The notes beneath the pieces were generated by a model that worked only from the letters and a program-made list of their open reading frames with translations, was not told the origin of the DNA and did not search any database. From the human T2T-CHM13v2.0 reference genome, Homo sapiens, in assembly GCF_009914755.1 (NCBI RefSeq), contig NC_060945.1: a stretch of 64,000 nucleotides of DNA. One strand, written 5' to 3'. The translations under genes and the position numbers were made by a program. Of the stretch, positions 13,686 through 28,385 are shown piece by piece; within the stretch, counting starts at the first letter, position 1, and each line of letters begins with the position of its first letter.

Positions 13686-15942
13686 AATATTAACAAAGTT
13701 AGGCCTAGATAGCACAACTCATCTCCTTGTTTACTGAATTGATGATCTATGTCTTTATAAAGGGCTTTTATGACTGTGAAATAGTTGAGCCTTGCTACAT
13801 CCAACCAACTAACCAATAGACAAGTGAGTAAAGGATAGATGTATAACTAATAGTTTTAATAAACAAAACGAAATGAAAACAATCATTATTGGTCACATTA
13901 AAACAGGAAATGAAAGCCTCTCAGATTCTCAGACTTTGAAGATACATGTTCTTAAGGAAAAATCTTTAGATGACATTATCTATGAGCCTGACTTTAGCCA
14001 AAGCAAATGTGCAAATGAATTTTGCCTTTTAATGGTTTCGTCAGCTTGATGTCTATGGCAGATCCTATCTACTTCATCTATGTTGACTAGTGTGACCCAT
14101 GGGCCTGCTGTATTCTCTGTGTACATTCAGCTAAGACTTTTCACTTCCCACAGTTTCAGTATTCTCACCTTTGAGATCACAGGGTCTTGCTTAATGGCCT
14201 CTAAGGTTGCATCTTGTACTAATGTGTCTTCACAGCACTTCCTACAGTTGAATTTGATGAATTAATTTTGTAGTGACTTTTTCATGTACAGTACATAGAG
14301 ATTACTGCATTCTCTATGAGTTAAAGGATCAGGCCAATTTTCTTCATTGCTATACCCCCAGCATTTAGTGTCTGACACAATAAGTTCCCAATAAAAATGT
14401 GTTGATTTGAATAAATGCTGCATGAATGAAATAAATGAATGAAAGTGATTCTAAAAAGGGTGTTCACAAATATACCAAGCTTACTTTTTGATAACTTGCT
14501 GGAAGAAGTTATCATCTTCTTCCTATGAAATCTACTACCAATCTTATTTTATTTTTAAACTTGGGCTTTGAGATGTCATGATATCAATTGACTCATTTTA
14601 GTAATTTTCTGTTTCATTCTTCTTAAGTAGAAATCTTGCCTTTAATATTTTAATGTTAATGCTATCTTACAGGTACAGGGGTCTAACTCACTTAAATCCA
14701 TGCTCAGCGCACGTAAAAAGCCAATGTCTTAATTTCCAAAGACATATTTCAAACGCAGTGACATGAACACAGGGCTGCCTGATTGGATTTTCCCCCTAAT
14801 GAATGGAGACCATAAAAAGGACTTATGTCTAGTATCAATTATTCATACTCCAACAACTTGTGCATCCACAAGTTATAGCTCAACCTCTTTACCAACAATA
14901 AAATGCATCTTTTCTCTGAACAGAATGCAGGTTGCTGTCAGGTAAAAATATATCGTGACTTGAACAATGGATATTTGCATCCATCCCTGGGAGGCACGGA
15001 CACAAGGCCATTACTTGGGTGAAACAGAACTGTCAAAACAGAACTGCGGCAAAAGAGGCCAAAGTATGACTTGAGATATTCTTGCTATTGAAACACCAGT
15101 CTCTAAAGTTTGGAGAAGAGAATGGAAGTAGAACATTTCTTAAACCCAACTGCTCTTCAGATCAGCACAGTCAACTAAGCGATTCATTGCTAATGGCATG
15201 TTAGCGTCATTAAATATTCAAAATATTTTAGAAGTAATGATACTTCTGTACTTATAGGTTATTTTTTCTTTGGGGTTGAGAGTGAGGTAACTGAGGAAGT
15301 GAAATCTTGAGAAAAATTTAGGGCAGGACAATTCTTTTTTAATGCAATTGTCTATTGTGGTGCACTAAATACCAGTAGCATCTCCCTTGACATTGCATCA
15401 CCTGGGGTCCTACTACACTGTTTCAAAAACCCCTTGGCCTGGGGTGACAGCGATGGTACCATTAGTCATTGTGAATCGTACCCATTTAAAAAGCCAGCAC
15501 AGAAAAGGGATAGAAGGGGAGGAGGAGAGCTGCTTCTTATAATCGCTTTGAATTTAAGAACTTTGGACTATATCCAACTTTGCCCTTATTAGAGTATTTG
15601 TGCAACTACATTCTACACTGTAGATTATAGCTCTATAAAACACATTTGATAATCGATTCAACATATACTTCTTATTCAGTGCCTACTCTGGGTGCCAGTA
15701 TAGAGTCATGCATTGAGCAGACTTACCCCTGTTCTCAGGGAGTTTACAGTCTAGTAGAGGAAGGGCACAGAGCAGAAAGAAGTAAACACACATTTATTTA
15801 ACTATATCTTGGGGTAAGTGCTATGAAGGCAGCGTATAGGGAGTGTTGATGCAGAAAAATGAATAAGGTGTTGTTAGAGACCTGCTCAGATCAGGTTGTC
15901 AGAGAAAGCTAATTTTATGGTTTGGTATTTAACATGTGACCT

Positions 15943-16248
15943 GGCCTACATAGTGGCTCTTGTCTGTAATCCTAGCACTATGGAAGGCCTGGGCAGGAGT
16001 ATCGCTTGGGGCCTGGAGTTGGAGACCAGCCTGGGAACCACTGTGAGCTCCCATCTCTACAAAAAATAAATAAAAAATTAGCCAGCCATGGTGGTGAGCA
16101 CATATTGTCCTAGCTACTCCAGAGGCTGAGGCAAAAGGATTGCTTGAGCCGAAGAGTTGGAAGCTGCAGTAAGTCATTATTGCATCACTGCACTCCAGCT
16201 TAGGCAACAGAGTGAGACTATGTCTCTAAAAAGAAAAATAAAAAAAAA
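15943..16248 (+). mobile_element. AluJ
   Basis: Diverged dimeric Alu with A-rich linker and tail, inside an L2. Confidence 0.9.
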
Positions 16249-16829
16249 GTAAGACCGGAGGAATGAAAAAGAGTCAGCTATGTTCCAGACAGGAATCAGA
16301 ATGTGCAAAGGCCCTGAGTTTGGAAAGAGCATGTCAACAATAACCCGAACCAACAATTGTGTAGAGAACTGGCACAGCACAGTGGATAACAGCAAGGATG
16401 CTGTGGTCTCCCTGCTCAACTTCACGTGCCATGGTTAGATGTGTGACCTTGCAGAAGGTACTTAACCTCTCTAAAAATCAGTTTTTTCATCTGTTAAATG
16501 CAGATAACATTATAATTGTATGAGGTAACATTTGTGAAGAGCTTAAAATAGTGCTTGATACACATTAAGTGCTATGTGTTTGTTAAATTAAAAAATAATA
16601 AGTAGGAGAGTGGAAAGAAGTGTCAAGCAACTGGAGTCTGTATCCAAGGATTGCTACCAAAAAGCTGTCCCATCAGCAGTAACTTTGAACAAATCTCTCA
16701 TCTCTTCTGTGTCTGTTTTCTTACTTGTAAGTGTTACACAAAAATATTCCTATGCTGTCTCTAAGAGTCTATGTGATTCTTTTTTTATTGGTTTGTTCAT
16801 TCTTGACTGCTGCCATGTGCATTTTATTC

Positions 16830-17596
16830 TTTTTTTAATTGTAATTTTTTATTATACTTTAAGTTCTGGGATACATGTGCAGAACATGCAGGTTTATTAC
16901 ATAGGTATATATGTGCCATGGTGGTTTGCTGCACCCATCAACCCATCATCTACATTAGGTGTTTCTCCTAATGCTATCCCTTCCCTAACCCCCCACCCCC
17001 CGACAGGCCCCAGTATGTGATGTTCCCATCCCTGTGTCCATGTGTTCTCATTGTGCAACTCCCACTTATGAGTGAGAACATGCAGTGTTTGGTTTTCTGT
17101 TCCTGTGTTAGTTTGCTGAGAATGACGGTTTCCAGCTTCATCTATGTCCCTGCAAAGGACATGAACTCATCCTTTTTTATGGCTGCATAGTATTCCATGG
17201 TGTGCCACATTTTCTCTATCCAGTCTATCATTGATGGGCACTTGGGTTGGTTCCAAGTCTTTGCTATTGTGAATAGTGCTGCAATAAACATATGCGTGCA
17301 TGTGTCTTTATAGTAGAATGATTTATAATCCTTTGGGCTTATACCCAGTAATGGGCTTGCTGGGTCAAATGGTATTTCTGGTTGTACATCCTTGAGGAAT
17401 CGCCACACTGTCTTCCACAATAGTTGAACTAATTTATACTCCCACCAGTAGGAGCATCTGTTGTTTCCTGACTTTTTAATGATCGCCATTCTAACTGGCG
17501 TGAGATGGTATCTCATTGTGGTTTTTATTTGCATTTCTTCAATGACCAGTGATGATGAGCTTTTTTTCGTATGTTTGTTGGCCACATAAATGTCGC
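16830..17596 (-). mobile_element. L1PA (about PA7-8) 3' fragment including ORF2 C-terminus
   Basis: ttattatactttaagttctgggatacatgtgcag...; ORF 17142-17585 gives [27 protein letters not shown]. Confidence 0.92.
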
Positions 17597-17893
17597 TTTT
17601 TTTATTTTTTTAAAAAAGACAGAGTCTTTCTCTGTCACTCAGGCTGGGTGCAATCATAACTCACTACAGCCTCCAACTCCTGAGCTTAAATAATCCTCCT
17701 GCCTCAGTCTCCAGAGTAGCTAGGGCTACAGGTTCACACCACCATGCCTGACTAATTAAAAACTTCTTGTGTGTGTGGAGATGGGATCCCACTGTGTTGC
17801 CCAGACTAGTCTTGAACTCATGGCCTCAAGCAACCCTCTTGCCTCAGCTTCCCAAAGTGTTGGGATTACAGGTGTGAGCTACTGCACCTAGCC
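17597..17893 (-). mobile_element. AluJ
   Basis: Poly-T, agacagagtc...cccaaagtgttgggattacaggtgtgagc. Confidence 0.9.
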
Positions 17894-20713
17894 ATTTTGT
17901 TCTTAAGAAGACAGTGGCCTTGCAGAAGTCTTCATCATCTGAAAGCTGGTTAGTGGTAGAGTTGAGACTAGAACCCAGGTCTCCTGCTTGTTTTCTCAAA
18001 TAAATACATAATGCAAACACAGAACAGTTGAGAAGAGATGCTGGTCTATTTTAATATATTAGTTGACTCGGATATTTTTAAAAGAATGAAAGTGTCTCAG
18101 TCAGGGCCTTGGTAAGAAGTCGATGGCTACCCATATTGAGTAATTTGAAGAGAGTTCATGAAATGCGTGGATAGAGTGAAGGGAAACTACAGGCGGTAGT
18201 GCAGTACTCCATGACTAGCAGCAATAGGGAAGCTTTGGCAGTCCTAGGTCTAAAAGGGGAAGGAGAGAAGCTAGAAATATAGCTGTTTGGAGAAGGCATC
18301 CCATGGGAATTGGACTTTTGTTTGAGAGGCACCATCCAGATAAATACTTCAAGTAAGTATTCCATCTTCACTCTCCTTTTTCTTTCTGCTTTCCTGAATG
18401 GCCTCTCCATTGGCCAAATTCAACCAGAAGCACAACTGTCAAGGGAAGTCCTTGGTGCAGTCCAAGCAGTGTAGACTCCTGGGCAGAAATAGAGGGGAGG
18501 GTGTGGAGAGTGGATTTGTAAAGGGAAGGGGAATGTGTACACAGTACAAAAAAGGTTTAATGTCAATGGTCATCTTACCTTTTATTTCTATTAGACATTT
18601 TGTTCATCCAACACTTTTAGATATCTTATGTCATGCCAGATATTTGCTCAAAAAATCATTATATAATGAAGTGACGTGTGGTCCTCATTTTTAATTCTGC
18701 TGACATTGTAAAGAACTTGTGCCAATATCATGGTCAATTCACATAAAAATTAAATAATGAATTTATCTAAATTGTTCAATATAATTATTGTATTAATTCA
18801 TTTCAATTTGGCAAAACAATAGTTTCAGGTAAGTACTATTTTAAGGCTACTTATGCTGTACTAGGAGAAAAGGATTAGTCATTGAAATCATTGTATTCTG
18901 CATGTAATACAGAAGGCAGGAGCCCAGGTTGAGCTTAACTGCTCACTCTCAGCATTTAAAGGACTGAGCTCGGGGAGCGGCTCTACCAAGATTTTCTTTG
19001 CATGAGAGACTAAGAAGTCTCCTAGGCAAGGTTCATCCTAGGGGAAGAAAGAGTTAGAATTATGTTCCCATAAAAATGTCCCGGGTTTCTGAGGAGAATA
19101 TAATTGTTTTAATATAATAAAAGCACAATACCTATCACTAGAATTTGCCTAAAGATTATGAATTGAAACATTTACAGTATCCAAAACTGTAAAATGGGGA
19201 TAATAATAATACCTATGCCATGGGTTTGAGAGGATTAAATGTAAGTTAAATGTAAATTGCTTAGAACAGTGCTTGGTGCACACATACACACACACACTTA
19301 CTGTTATTATTAATTAAGGTAACACATTTCTAGGGATGATTCCATTGAGAATCAATGTTTTTACAGTGGTATTACTGCTTCTCAGAACGTGGATAAATGC
19401 ATTATTTCTCTCCATACGTATTAAATAATAATAGCACAAAAGCTGGTTGCAATTTTATAACCCATTTTCAGCCAATTTTAGTGTTTTTGTTTCTTTTCAG
19501 AATATTCAGTAGTTTTTCAACATACCCTGGAGAAATGGTAACGTGAAAACTATGGCATCTTATTTTAGTAAAATACCTTAGTGTATCCTTTGGACATTGC
19601 TTCTGAAGTCTAAATTACATTAGAATCTATTCTATGGATATACAATTCATGAAGCAATTATTTTCTGATATTCAGTTGGTATTCTTTTTATGTAAGAAAC
19701 GAGAAGCTTAATTTTAAGAATTATAAAAGTGCCTCTCCCAAACTGACATGTTATCCTGTTCCCACTAAGTGAGTCATTCAAGATGAGCACATTCCTCTTA
19801 TGAAGGGGCACGTGTTAATACTGCACTTAAAGGCACGATTTAACTCTATCTGGATTGACATGTACATCAATTAAAAACTATGAAGCTACAGCCTTTGTTC
19901 AGTTGTCTGACTCATACTTTAGATTATGGACTACACTTAGAATATGCTACTCACTACAAACTCACTTCCTCTAATTCTTAAAGTTCTTTTAATATTCCTT
20001 CATGTCAAATATTAGTTGCTTACTTAATATATTCAATCATTTTTACCATGTCCCAAATATCATGTAGGTACTCCCTGAGGACTACAAATATCCAAGGGAC
20101 AGTCTTGGCTCTCAAAGAGCTTAGAATCTAATGGAGGAGACAGACATTTACACAAATCTATTACAAGGCTACAAGAGGGGTATTGGATTAGGTACCAAAA
20201 TGGCTGGAGGTGGGAAATGATTAATTCTGATTGGAAAATTTGCCAGGGTCCTCTTCTCCGGGTATCAGCTCTTTACCTAGATCTGGAAAGATGAGGAGGG
20301 TTTCTGCAGCTTAAGTGAGGGTTTATCTATCCTCAGGCAAGGAGGTAAGGGAATTAGCACCGTGTGTTCAGGTGGTGGCAAGGGATGAGGAGGGTGGTCT
20401 CCAAATGCATTTTCACAGGTAAAGCAGGAGTTGAACTCTGAATGCTTTATCCCTTTGGATGGCTTTCAAGTTCCTTTCTAGTCAATAGGGAAGATGATAT
20501 GCAAAATGTGTGATAATCAAGACATTAACTGATAAGGTACAAAAATGGGGAATCTGATCGCTTGGATCTCTTCGGATTTTAGTCAGAGAAAATTATTCAT
20601 CTTGCAGACCATGGAAACAATGCAAGATATCTTATTCATTTATTAGCCATGACGAAACGAGATTCAGAAAATGATTCTCTTGCTTCTTCCTCACATTTAG
20701 AAATGGCAGGTAT

Positions 20714-21025
20714 GGTTCAGGCATGGTGGCTTACACCTGTAATTTCAGCACTTTGGGAGGCCAAGGCAAGAGGATTGCTTGAGGCCAGGAGTTCGAGATC
20801 AGCCTGAGCAACATAGCAAGACCCCATCTTTACAAAAAAATAAACAAATTAGCCAGGTTTCATGGCACGCACCTGTATTCCCAGCTACTGGGGAGACTGA
20901 GGTGGGAGGATCATTTGAGCCCAGGAGTTGAGGCTGCAGTGAGTCATGATCATTTCCCTGCACTCTAGCCTAGGTGGCAGAATGAAACCCTGTCTCTGAA
21001 GAAAGAACAAACAACAATTAAAAAA
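20714..21025 (+). mobile_element. AluJ with target-site duplication
   Basis: Full dimer; flanks agaaatggcaggt / agaaatgacaggt. Confidence 0.9.
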
Positions 21026-21087
21026 GAAATGACAGGTGATACACACTCAAAAGCTATTCATGACTGGGTTAGAAAAAGGAGAACAGA

Positions 21088-21425
<338 letters not shown>

Positions 21426-22019
21426 TTAAAAAACAATTTCTCCTTCATGCTTCCAGAGAAGGCAAATATTCCTAACACATGTTCCCCCAGTTCCAACCAT
21501 TTCCTTGGATTGGATGTTTATTTTTAGGGAAGGCATTCAGGATTAGCTTAGGTAGCAACTTGATCCACTGAACACTCATCTGGGAACTTGTCTTGGAATT
21601 ATTTTCTTGATGAAGATTAAATATCTAGGAACAGAGTTGAAACAAAGGTTAGAACTGGGACTATTTTAAGACTCGTCCATAAAGGTATGTGGTGTATGTG
21701 CTGTACTTCATTCCCTGCCTAATACGATGGGCTTTAGTGCAGCTCATAAATGAAGTTCATGAGAAACACAAGCCTTGTGTGTATCTTTTCAGTATTTCTT
21801 AGGAATGTAGCACTTATCTAGTTAATGTGGTCCTTGAATGTTGCCAGCTCCATTCTGCTCCTGTTGGTTCAATAAAAGCAATTTGATCACAGCCAAGCAT
21901 GGCTTGGGATTCTTTCAGCTGTTGAGTTGGTACATTCTTATTAGAGGGAAGGTATTATTTTCTACATTGCCTAAACTCTAAATAATCAACTTAAGGAGAG
22001 TAAGATAAAATATCTTTGC

Positions 22020-22585
22020 TATGGTACACCAACTACTAAGATGGCCCCCAAAGCTCTCTGCCTCTTGGTTTCTGTGTCCTTGTGTAATTCCCTCCTCTTT
22101 TATGTGAGATGAACTTAGTGTCCTGATTCTAAAGAACAGGTTATGGCAAATGTGATGGGATATCACTTCCAATATTGGATTTCGTAAGTCTGTGACTTCT
22201 GTCTTCCTAGCACTCTCTTCCACTCCATGGCTCTTCTTGCTTGCTCTGGGGGAGCAAGCTGACACATTTAAAGTTGTCCTACAGAGAGGCCCATATGCCA
22301 AGGAATTGAGGGTGGTTTCTGGCCAATAGCTAGTGAGAAAATGAAGCTGGCACAAAAGCCTCGGAGGGACTGAATCTCGTCAATGACCATGCATGGGAGT
22401 GAGCTTGGAATCAGATACTTTCTCAGTTGTACATTGAGATGACAGCAGCCTGTGACAGTCCCTGAGCCAGAAGACCCAGCTAAGCCACCCTCAGATTCCT
22501 GATCCATAGAAACTGAGATAATACATGTTTCAAGCCACTAAGTTTTGAGTTAAATTTGTTACACAGCAATGGATAACAAATGCAC
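22020..22585 (+). mobile_element. MLT1F-like MaLR LTR
   Basis: ctaagatggccccca...cccagctaagcc...aagccactaagttttg...ttgttacacagcaatggataac. Confidence 0.8.
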
Positions 22586-23829
22586 CTGTTTATAGAAGTG
22601 GTGAGGCTTCGGAGTGGGGCATAAAGGAAAGAGAATATGTATATTCAGTTGCAACTATCAGAGTCACCAACCCAGGTAGGATCTTTGTAACAGATGTTCT
22701 ACATATATTGTTTATAATCATTGCAACCACGTGGCAAGGATGGTGTTATTCATATATTTTGAATGAAACTGAGGTTATGGAAATGTTGTTATTTGGCTCC
22801 GTACATGTAGTTAGAAGATGACAGAGATGAGAGGGGAAACAAAGTCTCCCTTACTCTGAAGCCTTGGTTCTGTCCCCTGCATTAGAGGGATGTTAGAGGC
22901 CTGAGTGGGGTTAAGTAGGCTGGAAATCAGAATCACCTGTGGGTTGCTTTATAGTTAATCATGTCACTTTCCTTTTCTGGAGGTCCTGACAATGTTTATA
23001 CTGAACCACACTACACAGTACAGTTGCACCAAAGAGTTTTGCTCTTGCACAAGTTCAGCCATATCCCATGCAGCTTGGCCCCAAATCAGAGAATAAAAAC
23101 TATGCATTTCAGATAGGTTTTGATTGAGAATATGGTAGTTCTTGGATGCCTCTGTGGTGATTAACAAGGTGACCATGTGACTTTGGCATTCTGGTGTTAG
23201 GTTGTTTTAATTAAGTGAAAAATTAAAACAATAGTACCCAGAGCTCCACTATTTGATGAGCTTAATATACAATCTTATGTGTCCCAGTCCCTACTTTACC
23301 TACAACCAAAAGTTGGCAAAATGAGTTTGGTTAAACAAGGACAAGTTGGAAGTAGAGTGGATGTATGATGAGTGCTGCCGTCATTTGGTGGTGGGAACAT
23401 GATTATGAAAAAACAGAAGGGTAGCCTACAGCCCTGCACCTTAGGAAGATTAGGTAGCCCCACATGCTCCTGTAGTGGCTTCTGAAGCTGGGTAGGCAGC
23501 TGCAGAATTGATTAGACTCTGAGAACAGGCTGTGGCTCTGTTTCACCAGCTCTAACATCAGGTCTAAGGTCTCTCTCCTATCATCAGCCCTTCAGCTCTT
23601 GCAACAGCTTTCCTGCCCATGGCTCTGGAGAGGGCCAGATTAGCCTCTCGCTGCTCATGGTTCTCATGCAAGTTATTGTCTTGCTTCCATGGGAATGGAC
23701 TCTCCACACAAATAAGTGAAAGACATCACAATTAGCTGACAAAGTCCATAGTTTCTCCTGGAGGAGATTGGAGTGGTCTCTTTTTCAATGACTTCCTGCT
23801 ATCTCACTGCGTTTTTGCATAGATTTCTC

Positions 23830-24007
23830 TAGAGTGGCACTACCCAATAACGTAGGTAGCCCGTAGCCACATGAGGCTATGCAGCATTTGCAATGGGGTT
23901 AATGAGACAGATGAAGTAAATTTTTCATCTAATTTCATTTCAATTAATTTAAACTTAAATGACCATATGTAGCTGATGATTGCTGTGTTGGATAATATAG
24001 TTCTAGA
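23830..24007. mobile_element. MER3/MER33-like hAT MITE
   Basis: gtagccacatgaggcta...taatttaaacttaaatgaccatatgtagct...ttggata. Confidence 0.65.
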
Positions 24008-24339
24008 GGTTGTTCTCATTATATTGTTGTTTTGTTAATTTATTTTGGGCTAATATTTATTGGACGTTTTCTATGTGCCAGGCACTATACTTAGAGTTTT
24101 GTATATATTCATCCAGTTTTTGCAGAACGCGATGAGACTGATAATATTATTTACATTTTCCAGAGCAGAAAGTTGAATCTCAGAGATGAAGTAGCCTGCT
24201 TCAAATCACACAGGCAGGAGACAGGATTCAAAATAAAGTCTGTCTGGCTCCAGCCCTGTGTTTCCTGTACAGAAGAATGAGGCAAAGTCAGCAGAAATAG
24301 AGGGTGAAAAAAATGGACACAAGACAATGAAAATATAAT

Positions 24340-26625
24340 CTGTGTTATAATAGGTTCTTTCACTTTATTGCTTATTGTAAACACTTTGGCCATAGCAAAT
24401 GTTAGTTTTTAAATAACCGTAATTCAAAACTTTCACATCCTATACTATTTTTCCCCAAGAAGCATCATCTATGAAAACAATCAGTGAACTCCAACAGTCT
24501 ATACTGGTAATGTGCACATTGATGCTATTATGACACTTAATACAAATAGTAAAAATACTCATCTATTGTAGGCTTATGGGTTTGTAAAATGCCTTAAGGG
24601 AGGCCATAAACAACTCAAAGAAGAGATGGTGTGGACTGAACTGGCTTCTATTTGGGGAAAATTTGCAGAATATAGGAGGTACGCAATAAATGTTTATTGA
24701 TGGTGAAGATGAGAAAACCCTATTTCTGCTGATCTTTCCTTTCCGTTTTCCTTAAAGAATATAAGGTATATTTGTATTCAGCATTCTCAGAATCATCACA
24801 GAAACCCTGGCACTTTGAGAGTCTTAGCCACAGTGTAATTGGGTCTGACCACACGCAGAAGAAAAATAAATTAAAGCATATGTACTATTAAAATTGCACT
24901 GAAAACTTTATGTAAGTCAGGGAGCCCCTCACCAGAACAGGCTGAAACTCTTGAATGCTTTGCATCCTCATATATAAGAAAATCATCAGTGCTTAAAGAT
25001 CAAGGAACTCATTCAAAACAAATTCAGCCTTTGGACCTTACTGGCAGGTAGGTTATATTTCAGTCAGATCAATATCTTTCTAATATAGGTATTTGAAAGT
25101 AATATATGCTACTTATAATAATGATATAGTAAGCTTCTTATCTGCAAGTACAGGTACTATAACTTACACCTTAAAATGCTTTGTTTGATTGTTTCATTCA
25201 GCAAAATTCTTGGCACTGTTTTGGGATTTCACTGAATTTTGATGATGATATTGGATTAAGCATTTTAGATTTAATTGTAAAATGACACAAAAATCTAATC
25301 ATCTATTTCCAATGTTCAATATACAATTTTTATAAATACATGAAACAATTCATATAAAAATATAAATGTTAAGGTCACTCACAGCAAAATATGGCACATT
25401 AGAATTATTTATTAAATGCTTTATACATATAAAGGTAGGCACTTCATAAAATTTGCATTTTGGTAAAAGGCAACAATTTGATGTCAGTATCTTAATTGTG
25501 TCATTAACTTTTTTAAGAGAACAGATTATCAAAATTTTACGAAGAAGAAAAAAATAATAGTTTTAAGGAAATCTACAGAAGGGAATCTGAACTTCATTTC
25601 CCACTTTATTTTTGCGAGTCTGTTGTGTATCTTCATGGTCAAGTTCTGAGATTTTTGCTCCCTGACCTAAAATCCTGTGGGAATAATTGATTTCTCATCT
25701 TTTACTTGGAAGTGAAGTGTCTGCTACCTGTGGAACTTGATACAATTTTTTTTTTCTCCCCACAGTTAGAATAACCTTTATTCTGATCCACTATAAAGCC
25801 AGATGATTTTTAGGTGGCAGTAGCTGGCATTGAAGAGTTCTTGGCTTCAAGCGGCTGTTGAGTCTTTTTGGTCTTGTTTTAACTCCCTAATTAAATAAAT
25901 AAGATCCAACTCTTTCTGTTGTATTCACTCCTGGACATATAGAAATTCACTTCACACCCACCTAAAATACGAGCAGAACTTCTGAGGCCCAATGAACCCA
26001 TCTACTATTTGATTTTGTTATCCCTTCTGGAGCGTGTCTCTACCAAGAGCTTCACAAAGCAATCTAGTCATTGCTCTTTCTTGTACTAAAACCAGAGTAC
26101 CCATCCTGTAACTTCCATCAGGACCTCAAACAGTGCTAGGCACATAGTAAACTCTTAGGCACTCAAAATACATTTATTGATGAATGAAAGAATGAACAAT
26201 TCTAGTTCTGACTTTTAAAGCTATATAGAATAAAGTTGCTTCCTTGTGTGGGCCAAATCATTCTCCCATCCTACTTAGATCTTCTTTTTTTCCAGGATCA
26301 ATACTGAAACTTTCTTCACCTAGCCCTTAAACAACATGATTATCAGATATTTTGTCAATTACATTACTCTTCCCTGAATGTGCTTAGGTGGATCAGCAGA
26401 TCTCTTAAAATGTGGTTCCATAGAACCAAACATTAATACTCCAGATGGGGTCAGCTTTGAGCAGAGTAGAAATCCTATATCTCCTAGCAGGGATATTCCA
26501 CCTGACACATTATCTGACCCCAAAAAGTATTCCTTGGAGCAATTCTTTCCTGCCTGTTTCTGAGTAGAGGCATTTTATTCCAGGCAAGATCGCCCATTGG
26601 CACATGTTCTGTTCTGGGAGATAGA
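24340..26625 (-). other. CYYR1: CYYR1 3'UTR (distal end approximate)
   Basis: Largely repeat-poor AT-rich sequence after the stop codon, running to AATAAA at 24369-24364 with a GU/U-rich element beyond it. Confidence 0.75.
24364..24369 (-). terminator. Distal polyadenylation signal of CYYR1
   Basis: Plus-strand tttatt = AATAAA on minus; CA about 20 nt downstream, then TTCATTGTCTTGTGTCCATTTTTTT downstream element. Confidence 0.7.
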
Positions 26626-26832
<207 letters not shown>

Positions 26833-27599
26833 CTAGATACTTTGGGAGGGGACATAAATTGTGGCTGCAAAAATCTTAGTTTTATTAGGTCAGGACCACA
26901 TATGTATGAAAGGGTAAGTGCTCTAAAATGTGGTATCATGGGTCAAAGTGTTAAGAACTGGTTGTTTAGAGAAAGTTTCTTGAAAATATGATGCTGAAGT
27001 GGCAGAAAGAGAAGGTGAGGGACAATTCAGGTTGATCAAAAGCACTGAAGCGGGAGAGCCCTTCATCTCAAGCAAAAGTACATGAAAGGGAGAATGGGAA
27101 AAGACAATGAGGAGTGCGGTTATATCACCATGGTGGGCTCTGAATGCAATGTAGAATGTATAACATGTAGCTATCAGAGATTCTTTGAACATGGTAGTGA
27201 ATATGCTTTGAGAAAACCACTCTCAGCAGTCAACAGAGGCAGAGGTAGATAAAAGAAAAGCTGCAACAATGTAATGGCATATGTGAGGGATGATAAGGGA
27301 CTCATGACAGTGAGGGAAAAACATTCTAACAGTCCTTGAGCAACCAAGTCTTTAGGTGATGACTGGGTGTGTGGAGAAAGAGAGGAGAAAGTGAAAGAAG
27401 GGGTTGAGGTATTAGGTACCAAGTACAGGACTCCTATAATTGGAGGGGGGTGGAACCATTACAGAAATATGAAGAAGACAAAAAAGGAGGACAAGTAGGT
27501 TAGGAAATGAAGATGAAACATTTAATTTTCTGAATCTTATATGAAAAATTTTCTTTATTTTGTTACTGTACCATATGTCAGTGTTTTAAGAAAGTTTTT

Positions 27600-27945
27600 A
27601 AATTTTAAATAATTTTATTTTTTTGAATTGACAAATAATAATTGTACATATTCATGGGGTACAGAGTGATGTTTTGATATGCATAATGTATAATAATCAA
27701 ATCAGGGCAACTGGCATACCCATCATCTCAAACATTTGTCATTTCTTTATGCTGGGAACATTTAGTATCCTCCTTCTACCCATTTGAAACTATATATTAT
27801 TGTTGACTATAGTCATCCAGTGGTATAGAACACTGGAACTTATTCCTCCTATCTAGCTGTAATTTTATATCCTTTAATAAATTTCTCCCTATCCATCCTT
27901 TTTCCTACCCTTCTCAGCCTCTAGTATCCTCTGTTCTACCTTTTA
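27600..27945 (-). mobile_element. L1MA 3' end
   Basis: aattgacaaataataattgtacatattcatggggtaca...cccatcatctcaaacattt. Confidence 0.8.
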
Positions 27946-28303
27946 ATATACTTTATGATGACTATACATAAAAGTCTATTTTGTAGTGGTTTCAGTTCCT
28001 TTCTCTAGTGTTGAAAAAGAAGTACTCCTTGAGCTGAAATTTATCCACGTTTCCAAGAACTGAATCATTTTGCAACATCTGAGCAACTCCCTCAGCAACC
28101 AGTCTGATGAACTGCCAGTAGCTGAATCATCATCAGGATCCTGATGCTGCTTGGAAACTGACATGCCTTAATTGCCTACTGTGAATGTAACCCAAATCAC
28201 AAGACCAGTGTCATAATAATGCAAATAAGTGGGCATGCTCTTAATACTAGAATGGCAGAAAGGAACACACAACATTTCAACAAACTTTTCTAAATGTCTT
28301 CTA

Positions 28304-28385
28304 TTAGGTTGATGCAAAAGTAATTGCAGTTTTTGCCATTAAAGTAATTGCAAAAACTGCAATTGCTTTTGCAAACGAACCTTAA
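28304..28385. mobile_element. MADE1 (Hsmar1 MITE), palindromic
   Basis: ttaggttgatgcaaaagtaattgcagtttttgccatt...caaaaactgcaattgcttttgc...aacct; preceded by TA. Confidence 0.92.

Noticed and set aside
17142-17585. 147-aa ORF resembling a real protein
   Set aside because: C-terminus of L1 ORF2 in a truncated, internally deleted L1PA.
25745-25770. Strong plus-strand acceptor (t-run ctccccacag) inside the CYYR1 3'UTR
   Set aside because: Explained by an A-run in the UTR; no convincing paired donor identified.
27960-28190. Possible Tigger transposase C-terminal remnant
   Set aside because: Resemblance too weak to call by eye.
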